DNA of 64,000 bases from Eledone cirrhosa (Eukaryota), in the NCBI GenBank assembly GCA_964016885.1, contig OZ024744.1, positions 104,408,001 to 104,472,000 on the forward strand. The letters run 5' to 3'. The position numbers and the translations under genes were made by a program. Shown here piece by piece: positions 1 to 8,692 of this stretch. The stretch's first letter is position 1, and each line of letters begins with the position of its first letter. The notes below the pieces were generated by a model. The model saw nothing but the letters and a program-made list of their open reading frames with translations, ran no database searches and was not told where the DNA came from.

Positions 1-89
<89 letters not shown>

Positions 90-120
90 TGTATATATGT
101 ATATATATATATACATATAT
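1..120. repeat. (AT)n microsatellite
   Basis: Near-pure AT dinucleotide run directly visible. Confidence 0.98.
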
Positions 121-2191
121 CAGGATGTTGTTGGAGATAAGTGTGTCCGGAATGATGCCGGTGTACTTAGTGTCATGAATGATAAAGAAAGTAGGCCTGG
201 AAATGTCATTATGAGAGACTGACGAATGTGGAGAATGAATGGGAGAGAGAGAAATTACCTCCAGTAGACCCAACAGAGGGATCAGCTATTGAGATTGACG
301 AATATAGGGTACAAGAGGGAATTAAGGAAATGAAGAATGGTAAGGCTGCTGGACCATCGGGGATAGTTGCTGAGATGATGAAGGCATCAGGGGATGCAGG
401 CACTAAACTGGTTGCACGCATCATCAATCAAGCTATATATGGCGGTGTCATACCCAAAGACTGGTGCAGCAGTATTCTCATAAATTGCTACAAAGGTAAA
501 GGGGATGCTCTGGAGAGGAGCAATTATAGGGGTATAAAACTGATGGATCAGGTTATGAAAGTGGCAGAGAGAATATTAACGCAACTGATTAGAGAAAGGG
601 TCAAATTAGATGAGATGCAGTTTGGTTTTGTACCTGGGAAAAGTACAACAGATGCCCTCTTCTTAGTGAGGCGATCAAAAGCTGGTATGACCAGATGGGG
701 CTACAAGACCGGCCCAACCATCTGCGAATGCGGAAAGGAGGACCATATGATGCAGCACTGCCTTGTTTGCCCTCTACTACCCAACCAGTGCAGCTTAAAA
801 GATCTCGCAGAATTTAATAATAATGCAAAGGACTGTGTAAAGAAATGGGAAACTGTCATATAACCACATGCTTCAAAGATAGGAAAAGAAGAAGTGAGGC
901 AACTACAAGTGAGGTTCTTAGAGAAGAATAAGCCACTATATTTAGCTTTATGTTGACCTAGAGAAGGCCTTTGATAGGGTGCCCCAATCTGTCATCTGGT
1001 GGTCCCTAAGGAAACTAGATGTAGAGGAATGGCTTATGAGGACAGTGCAAGCTATGTACAGGGGTGCTGTCAGTAAAGTGAGAGTAGGAATGGAGTTTAG
1101 TGAGGAATTCCAGATACAAGTAGGAGTACATCAGGGTTTGTTCTCAGCCCGCTATTGTTCATTATAGTACTTCAAGCCATAACAGAGGAGTTTAAGACTG
1201 GCTGCCCATGGGAACTTCTCTATGCTGACGATCTGGTTCTTACAGCAGAATCAGTAGAGGAGCTAGAGAATAAATTCTGGCTATGGAAACAGCAGTTGGA
1301 ATCAAGAGGACTGAGAGTGAACCTAGCTAAGAAGAGAGCACAATACTCTGATTCCATCAGGGAAATTGCCATGTTTGATATGTAGGAAAGGAAATGGCAT
1401 AAATTCCATAAAATGTACGCAATGCAGATCTTGGGTACACAAGAGATGTAGTGGGATAGTAGGTAAACTAACAGGTAGGGAAAACTATGTATGCAGTAGA
1501 TGTACAGAGAAAGTTGGCAGTAGTAATTGCAGTGATAGACACATTTTTCCAATGCAGGTGGGTTCTATAGAAGTGGTTGATAGCTTCCGGTACCTAGGTG
1601 ATCAGATTAGCAAGGGAGGCGGGTGTTCTGAGGCCATAGTATCTAGAATAAGGACGGGTTGGAAGAAGTTTAGGAAGCTGCTTCCTCTGTTGACAAAGAA
1701 GGGTTTCTCCCTGCATACGAAAGGATGGTTATATGATGCCTGTGTGAGATGTGCGATGCTACATGGTAGTGAGACATGGGCAGAAACTGCAGAAGATATG
1801 CGACGACTGGAGAGAAATGAAGTAAGCATGCTCCTTTGGATGTGCAATGTCAATGTGCGTGAACGACCAGGCATAGATGAGTTGAGAAAGAAACTGGGTA
1901 TAAGATGGATAAGTTGTAGTGTGCAGGAGAGAAGGCTGAGATGGTATGGGCATGTGATGCGCATGGAGGATGATCGCTGGGTAAAGATGTGCCAAGAAAT
2001 GCCAGTAGAAGGAAGATGCAGTAGAGGTAGACCACGGAAAACATGGGCGGAGGTGGTGAGAGCAGACCTCAGATCACTGAAACTCACCGAAGAGATGACG
2101 AAGGACCGTGACAAGTGAGAGATGCTGCGCTGAATAGGACCCGTCCAACCCTTGCAAGCAGGGAAAAGCGGACCTAAAATGATGATGATGA
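121..2191 (+). mobile_element. 5'-truncated, frameshifted RTE-clade LINE (family A, copy 1): RT domain, internal PHD-like finger, C-terminal region, (ATG)n tail
   Basis: ORF pieces carry KAAGPSG, NYRGIKL, QFGFVPGKSTTDA, GVHQG, LLYADDLVL, FRYLG, LHGSETW, RLRWYGHV and RGRPRKTW. Ends AAAATGATGATGATG. Aligns by eye with 17375-19115. Confidence 0.95.
673..892 (+). mobile_element. 3' end of a different non-LTR retrotransposon nested in RTE copy 1
   Basis: Flanked by direct repeat AGTGAGGC (665-672, 893-900). Encodes RWGY..CECGKEDHMMQHCLVCP (CCHC-type knuckle), then a stop and a short (GAA)n tail. The sister copy is uninterrupted at ~17795-17815. Confidence 0.9.
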
Positions 2192-2214
2192 TATATATAT
2201 ATTTATGAAGAGAC

Positions 2215-2951
2215 ACTCATCCTCCCAAGGAAGCCCCTGCAGTGCATTCTTCATGTGAATAGAGTTCCACTGAAACAGGTGGAAAAATTCAAGTATCTCA
2301 GGGCCATGTTCACGAGTGATGGAAGGTAGGGGGCTGAATAATTGCAAGAGATGATGCAGTAATGCATCAGCTTCAGCATTCAGTAATCAGAAGAAAGTAG
2401 GTGTAAAAGCCAAACTTGCTACATTCAATTCAATATTTGTGCCAACCCTTACCTATGGTCACGAATCTTGCGTAATGATCTAAAGAGTATGATCGTGAAC
2501 ACAAGCAGCTGAAATAGGGTTCCTCCAAAGGGTCTTTGGAGTAATGTTACTCAATAAAGTACGTAGCTCAGAGATCAGAGAGTCACCCCAGGTAGAGTGG
2601 CTACTTCTCCGAATTGAGAGATCACAGCTTCTATACTATGGACATGTGGTTTGAATGTCTCAGGAAAGAATTGCTGGACAGATTTTACGGGCAAAACCAA
2701 CTGGCAGGAGACCCAGGGGTAGATCCCAAGCAAGATGATTGGATAACATCTATGAGTTTGGCTGGTCTCACTTGGGGAACCAGCCACATCAGTTAGAGAC
2801 GTTTGCTTCTAACAGGACCCAGTGGAAAGAGTGTTTGAGGACTCTGCCCCCACAACCCTCTCAGGAATAAGTGGGCAAAGAAGGAGGAAGGGGGGAGGAG
2901 GGGGAGGAGGGGAGGAAGAGGAGGAGGAGAAGAAGACGATGATGATGATGA
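2215..2951 (+). mobile_element. Degenerate 3' fragment of a second RTE-like LINE family
   Basis: Reads KQVEKFKYL..FTSDGR (~2272) and IFVPTLTYGHES (~2435), with many stops and frameshifts. Ends in a (GAG)n/(GAT)n tract. Confidence 0.8.
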
Positions 2952-2961
2952 TATATATATG

Positions 2962-3138
2962 AGAACCTTCAGTTGTGTCAAAGACATGACATCCTCTCCT
3001 GTGCATTTGGTAGAATGTGAAACCATATATCAGTGAAATGCAGATCTCTGGCCCAACTGGGAGGTCAGGTCTATATAGACCCATCCAACGCTTGCTAGGG
3101 GGCTAAGCCAACATTAAAACGATGAAAATGATGATGAT
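2962..3138 (+). mobile_element. Short retroelement remnant with RTE-type 3' tail
   Basis: Ends CCATCCAACGCTTGCTAG...ACATTAAAACGATGAAAATGATGATGAT, similar to the family-A tail. Confidence 0.5.
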
Positions 3139-3158
3139 ATATGTGTATGTGGTATTAT

Positions 3159-3818
3159 TATAGCAAAAAGCAGCCCTTTCAATTTCAGTGGGAAATAATT
3201 TTTCTTCATTTTTCTTTTTTTTTTTTTTTTTTTTGGTTGCTATTTTTGTGTTGCCAACTCATCTAACCCCCGAACCTTCTGTAAAGGTCTTTTCCCCCCG
3301 GAAAATGGAGGGGGAGGTTAGGCTAGAGTTAGGGTTTGGATTAGGATTAGAGTTAGGGTTGGTTACAGCTAGGGTTAGGCTTAAGTTAGGTTAGGTTAGG
3401 TTTAGGGTTAGTAATAAAGTTAGTGTTAGGGTGATCCGGGAGAGAAGCGCCCTCTCAGTTTTCCGTGGAAAAGGTTCGGAATTTAGATTAGTTGATAGCA
3501 CATGTAAAAAAAAAAAAATCGAGGAAAAATAAATATTTCCCACCAAAGGCTTGGGGTGGGGGTAGATTTGTACAACTCCGATGGCTTTTCAACCCCTTTT
3601 CTACAAATTTAGTCATTTCCGACTGGTTTGAAGGTCATATTCATTGATAACACAGGGGGGGAAATGGTAGAAAAAATCAGGGCGAGAGGTGGTGGTGGTG
3701 TGTGTGGGGGGGGGGGGGTTCGACTGCTAACACGTTGGTGGTCAAATTAGTTGAAAGCACATGAAAAAAACGAGGAAAAAAAAATGATTTCCCATTAAAA
3801 TTGAGAGGGTTGTTCTAT
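3159..3818. mobile_element. Non-autonomous inverted-repeat (MITE/foldback-like) element with degenerate TTAGGG tract
   Basis: Left CAGCCCTTTCAATTTCAGTGGGAAATAATT (~3171) matches the reverse complement of the right end (~3783-3812). An internal inverted copy lies at ~3470-3545. Degenerate (TTAGGG)n at ~3316-3431. Confidence 0.65.
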
Positions 3819-3819
3819 A

Positions 3820-3826
3820 AATATAC

Positions 3827-3861
<35 letters not shown>

Positions 3862-3880
3862 CGAGAGGGAGAGAGAGAGA
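3820..3880. repeat. (TA)n(GA)n compound microsatellite
   Basis: Directly visible. Confidence 0.95.
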
Positions 3881-3912
3881 AATGAGATGATAGGGACTGG
3901 GGTCCCTATCAT

Positions 3913-4088
3913 TCCACTGCAAAGTGGTCGTGGAGGTGCCACGGCAAAAAAGCACCCACCACTCACTGTAAATGAGGTTGGTGTTAGGAAGGGCATCCAG
4001 CTGTAGAAATCAAGCCAGAATCAGTTCTCCTCCCACCCTTGCAAGCAGGGAAAAGTGGACGTAAAATGATGATGATGATGATGATGAT
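3913..4088 (+). mobile_element. Bipartite RTE-derived non-autonomous element
   Basis: AAAAGCACCC..CTGTAAA..TGGTGTTAGGAAGGGCATCCA matches LINE upstream region 15945-15998. CCCTTGCAAGCAGGGAAAAGTGGACGTAAAATGATG matches the LINE 3' end (2149-2190). Confidence 0.85.
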
Positions 4089-4227
4089 ATATATATATAT
4101 AAAATTAGTTTAATTAAATTAAATTAAGGGAGTCATGTCCGAGACATGCGCCATATCCACCGTAGAATAAGCTCAAAGATTCCAATGAATAGATCCGAGC
4201 ATTTTATATCAACTAGAAATTTCTAGT

Positions 4228-4280
<53 letters not shown>
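4228..4280. repeat. (TA)n microsatellite
   Basis: Directly visible. Confidence 0.97.
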
Positions 4281-4284
<4 letters not shown>

Positions 4285-4413
4285 TTTTTCGAATATTAAT
4301 AATAACATTCGATTCGTTTGCAATTTTGCAAACAAGCCTCATTTTTATAGCCATGCCAGTAGAATGAACCCTTCATTCTTGCTCTTGTTTTGGCATGTGA
4401 ACAGAACTGCAGA

Positions 4414-4450
4414 CACTAATGTTTCTGGGTATCACCCTTCATCAGTACAG
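4414..4450 (-). ncRNA. Degenerate hammerhead-ribozyme-like motif
   Basis: Minus strand CTGATGA-A-GGGT-GAT-ACCC-A-GAAACATTA: core boxes and stem II are present, but stem I pairs poorly. Confidence 0.4.
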
Positions 4451-4517
4451 CTCACTGTTCACCTGCCAACTGTCAGAGCTAGTGAAAATATATGATATTT
4501 TCAAAAATATACAGTAA

Positions 4518-4690
4518 CTGATCGGCCTGATTTGCATATTAGCAGACTGGCTGATCAGTCAGCTCTGCATATTAGCAGATTCACTGATCAGCCAGATTTG
4601 CATATCAGCAGACTAGCTGATCAGTCAGATCTGCTTATTAACAGATCCACTGATCAGCCAGATTTGCATATCAGTAGACTGGCCAGTCAG
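4518..4690. repeat. 33-bp minisatellite (~5 units) with 66-bp dimer period
   Basis: Unit approx GATCAGCCAGATTTGCATATCAGCAGACTAGCT alternating with a GATCAGTCAG.TCTGC variant. Confidence 0.9.
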
Positions 4691-4749
4691 TTTCCTGTAT
4701 ACGAGCGATCAATGGCCAGCTTTGCCAAATTCAAATAAAAAAAGAATAT

Positions 4750-6117
4750 ATATATGTATGTAAAAGGTAAACAGAAATAACAACACAATCGGTACAGTAT
4801 ATGGAAGGAATATATTAGTTTAATGCTTGAAATAGCAGGAAGAGGGTCTTAATGTTTCGGACGCTAGTCCTTCATCAGAAGAAAGAATGAGAAATAAGAT
4901 AGATTGAGAGGACGCGTGGGTTGGGATTGGAAAAAATGTCTTTAGATAAAAATAACAGGTCCATTCATGTTGACACCTCTTGCAAAACTGTTGGTGCTGG
5001 CGTTTTGTATATGATTTATTTTTTAGAAAAGTGGATGATGGAGCGTCTACCTGAAATGGAATAAAAAACGTTTTGTAAAAAGAGCTATACTTGAGCATAT
5101 GTGTGTATCTGTGTGTGTTATTATAGGTCCGTACGAAGCTAAGAAGAAATGTGTGGTGTATATGTGAGTAAAAGAGTGTGTGTGCATGTAAGTATGGAGC
5201 CATGAGCAAAAGTATGTTAATATAAGGGTGTGTATGTGTGTGTATACAGAGAGTGAAATGAAAAGTGGAGTGAGCATATATAGTCGGCTTGTATTAGTTG
5301 TAAGAGAAGATGTTAATGACCAAGAGAAAGCAATAGGAATCTAGGGGTGTGATAATGGACGGAGTATTAGAGAAATTGGGGAGGTGAGTTGAGTCCAAGA
5401 GGGGAATAGGACCCAAGACGGTGAATCAGACTTTGTTCAGTCCTGGTGCGCGAGGCCTGTGATCCATGATGTAAAAGACACCCAGGACTGAACCATGTAG
5501 GGCAGAATGCCCAGGAGAACAGAAATGACGGGCAACAGGAGTATCCAAGCAAAGTCTGATGTCCCTCAAATGCTCAGCAAAACGGTCTGCCATATGGCGT
5601 CCCGTTTGTCCGATATATAAAGACTAACAAAGGGAACACCGGAGGGTATAGACAGCGTGGGTGGATGTGCAGGTGAACGAGTGGTGGATACAGAAAGACC
5701 CGTTAGGGCCTGTAAGAGTGGTGAGGGTGGAAATAAAGGGACAAGTGTTGCAGCAGGAACGGGAACAAGGATGAGAGCTGGGTGGAGTCGTGGGAGAGGA
5801 CGAGGAGGAACTGCGAACCAGGAGGTTGCGGAGGTTGCAGCTGTGCTTTAAAGCAGTAATGGGTGGGTTTGGAAAAAAGCGAGAAGTGACGGGGTCAGAA
5901 GAGAGGATACGGAAGGAACGGAGGATATGTCACTGGAGTGGTAGGGTGATGGGGTGGTAGGTAAGAGGGAAAGGAACACGGGTGTTGGGAGAGCGGGGGT
6001 GAGGTGAGAGGGCTGTGGTGTAGTCTGTTTCACGGGCGCAGTTGAGAGCAGCTTGGATCAGGGTGGGGGGGATATCCACGCTGGATGAAGCAGGAAGCCA
6101 TATGAAGGGAATGGGTA
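4750..6117 (-). mobile_element. 5'-truncated Penelope-like element: end of RT/linker, GIY-YIG endonuclease, 3' region with hammerhead motif
   Basis: My translation of the minus strand gives FIQRGYPPTLIQAA (~6050-6095), NLRNLLVRSS (~5806-5835), PCSRSCCNTCP, SFTCTSTHAVYTLRCSLC*SLYIGQTGRHMADRFAEHLRDI (~5557-5680) and RTEQSLIHRLGSYSPLGLN. Stops and frameshifts are present. Confidence 0.9.
4847..4882 (-). ncRNA. Minimal type I hammerhead ribozyme motif of the Penelope element
   Basis: Minus strand TCTT-CTGATGA-A-GGAC-TAGC-GTCC-GAAA-CATT-AAGA: 4-bp stem I, 4-bp stem II, vestigial stem III. Confidence 0.7.
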
Positions 6118-6122
6118 TATAC

Positions 6123-6200
<78 letters not shown>

Positions 6201-6205
6201 CATAC
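6116..6205. repeat. (TA)n microsatellite
   Basis: Directly visible. Confidence 0.97.
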
Positions 6206-6901
6206 AGAGATGAGTGTGGGGCCGAGAATGAATGAGACTAAGACAAAATATCTGGTAGAGAATGTTGAGAAGCCAGAGGGGATCACTAATGTAGGTGGGA
6301 AGCCGCTGGAATTAGTTGAGGACTTCCTGTATTTGGGAGCAAAGATTGGGAATACGGAAGATGATGTGGTTGAGAGGAAGAGCAAAGCCTGGGCGGCGTG
6401 CCACAGTTTGAGATCGGTGTGGAAGTCGGACCTTCGTGAAGACCTGAAAATCCGCCTCTTCATTGCTGTAGTGGAGTCTGTGCTACTGTACGGGTCTGAG
6501 ACTTGGACACTGACCAAGAAACTCACTCAGATGGTGGATGGGTGCTACACGAGAATGCTGAGGATGGCTCTAAACATTAATCAGTATACACTGAGGATGA
6601 AAAACTCAGAGCTGTATGGAAGCCTCCCAAAAGCCAGCTCAAAAGTGACACAGATGAGATTGACGTTAGCTGGACATGCTCACCGACTTCCAGAGTTGAC
6701 ATTGCACTCAGTGCTCCTGTGGGAGCCCCTACATGGACTCACTGGAAGAGGAAGACCAAGGTTAACGTATGTTGATGCCCTAAGGACAGACACTGGTCTG
6801 TTGGAGACGCAGGACATGGCAGCGATAATGAGGGACAGAGACCGGTGGAGAGAACTCGTCCATGGATCTCGGGAATTTTACCCGCCCTAGATAGATAGAT
6901 A
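6206..6901 (+). mobile_element. 3' fragment of a third RTE-like LINE family (open frame ~225 codons), (TAGA)n tail
   Basis: MNETKTKY, VEDFLYLG, VESVLLYGSETW, RLTLAGH, GRGRPRLTY, DRDRW. Stop at 6890 followed by ATAGATAGAT. Confidence 0.9.
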
Positions 6902-6966
6902 GAGAGAGAGAGAGTTTTTATATTTTAAAACGAAATTCTTTATATACTATCAAGGTATATATATAC

Positions 6967-7011
<45 letters not shown>

Positions 7012-7014
<3 letters not shown>

Positions 7015-7172
7015 TGAAATTTCGTTATAACGAAATTCACGGTGTCTAAAAAAATTTGTATTATCGAAAAATTCTTTATAACGAGATGGAGCGTGTGGTC
7101 GGGGATTGAAAAAAATCTCGTTATACTGAAAAATTCGTTATAATGGTATTCGTTATAACGGAATTTTACCTG
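7012..7172. mobile_element. Tc1/mariner-pogo (Tigger-like) MITE
   Basis: Imperfect TIRs CAGTGAAATTTCGTTATAACGA and (rc) CAGGTAAAATTCCGTTATAACGA. Internal TTCGTTATA sub-repeats; TA at the right flank. Confidence 0.75.
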
Positions 7173-7204
7173 TATGTATATATATATGTGTCTTTTATAT
7201 ATAT

Positions 7205-7250
7205 ATAATGTATGTAAAAGGTAAACAGAAATAATACAATCGGTACAATG
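7205..7250 (-). mobile_element. Short second copy of the Penelope 3' terminus
   Basis: GTATGTAAAAGGTAAACAGAAATAA..CAATCGGTACA is shared with 4756-4796. Confidence 0.6.
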
Positions 7251-7805
7251 AAAGTGTATTAGTGTTGCTGCTGAGCTAAGGGAGGTAATTGTGTAATTAT
7301 TGAAACTCATGCCAAAATTAAAGGAAGTACATGTGGAATTAGAGGTGAGAGTATAGGGGAAATAGTTTCATTTGGAAATAGTGTTGAAAAAAAATGAGAA
7401 ATCATTCAAATAAACCTACGGATGATTCAAACATTCATTTTAATTAAAACTAACAATATCCAATAATTAAACCAACGTCTTTCAAGTAAAACTTTTTCTT
7501 ATAATATAAAGGCAAATCAATGACTAAATATACGAAGATTTTTCTTAATTATATACTGTATTACATTTTCTAAAAAAAAAAAATATATATATATTTCTAA
7601 ATTTAAATTTCTAATTTTAAAAGAATTACTTTTTAGCAACTAAGATAATATTCATTAAATAATTTAACCAAACTGAGAATTTAAAAAGAAAACTCGAAAT
7701 AGGAAAATATGTACACTTCGAGGAGGTTAATGAAAAAAACATTGAATTGCCTTTTCACCTGTTTTTTTAATTTTTATTTATTTCTCTCTTGTATTTTTGT
7801 ATCTT

Positions 7806-7903
7806 AATAATTGTTTCTACTATTAGCACAAGGTCAGCAATACTCAGTGTATTACTGGTGCTTTATTTTATCGACCCCGTAAGGATGAAAGGCAAAGTTA
7901 ACC
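7806..7903 (-). mobile_element. Partial SINE (same family as the 12.1-13.3 kb copies)
   Basis: Contains TTTATTTTATCGACCCCGTAAGGATGAAAGGCAAAGTTAACC and the TTGTTTCTAC tail. Confidence 0.85.
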
Positions 7904-8212
7904 TGAGTATCAGATACTTTCCCAGTCTGTCATGGCTTACCTATTCTACATAGACGTTTAAATTGACCTATTTCCATATTTACAGGTTATTAGAAATATG
8001 GGGACAAGGGAATGAGTGAAATATAGAAGATCAAATACCCGGTTGCAAACCACCGTATAGTGTAAACACCAATAATGCTTACTATTTAGAAGAGTTAGTT
8101 TAGTTATTTAGAAACTCACAGAAACTGTTAACTTTGTATTTATTATTTATTTCTAGGTCTCAAATTTTTCATGGTACTGTCTGTGACCTGGTGACTGACA
8201 CAGTTCCACTGC

Positions 8213-8258
<46 letters not shown>

Positions 8259-8403
8259 ATATATAATTGTTTGTTGAGTGAGATGGTTACCAGTCAGAGT
8301 TTAGCTTTAAACTATCTGTTATTGTATTAATTATATATATATATGTCTGTGTCCAGTCTGACCCCTATTTGGAATATATATATATGTATGTGTGTGCGTG
8401 TAT

Positions 8404-8692
8404 TTTATTTCTTCTTTTCTTAAACAACTTAAACCGTCTATATATAATAACACAAACATTGAGCTTGAAAGTATTAATTGGCAGTGTTAACTCTTTTTCG
8501 TTAACTCCATATATATATATACTCCATATATATATATATGGTACTCCATATATATATATATGGTACTCCATATATATATATATATATGGAGTAAACGAAA
8601 AAGAGTTAACACTGCCAATTAATACTTTCAAGCTCAATGTTTGTGTTATTATATATAGACGGTTTAAGTTGTTTAAGAAAAGAAGAAATAAA
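8404..8692. repeat. Near-perfect 289-bp inverted repeat
   Basis: Arms of ~115 bp are reverse complements with one visible mismatch (TTAAC/TTTAC). The opposite-strand ORFs give almost identical peptides. Confidence 0.95.

Noticed and set aside
1602-2216. Antisense ORFs over the LINE 3' region (also 18509-19153)
   Set aside because: They are shadow frames of the RT coding strand starting in simple repeats; similarity between them reflects the shared LINE.
3316-3431. True telomere or chromosome fusion site
   Set aside because: The tract is short, degenerate, in one orientation and enclosed by inverted repeats.
6042-6205. N-terminus of the 282-aa ORF
   Set aside because: It is a read-through of antisense Penelope sequence and (TA)n into the RTE fragment.
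7975-8200. Possible host exons after pyrimidine-AG sites (7985, 8156); similar case at ~10010
   Set aside because: No recognisable protein and no convincing donor/frame; cannot be supported without RNA data.
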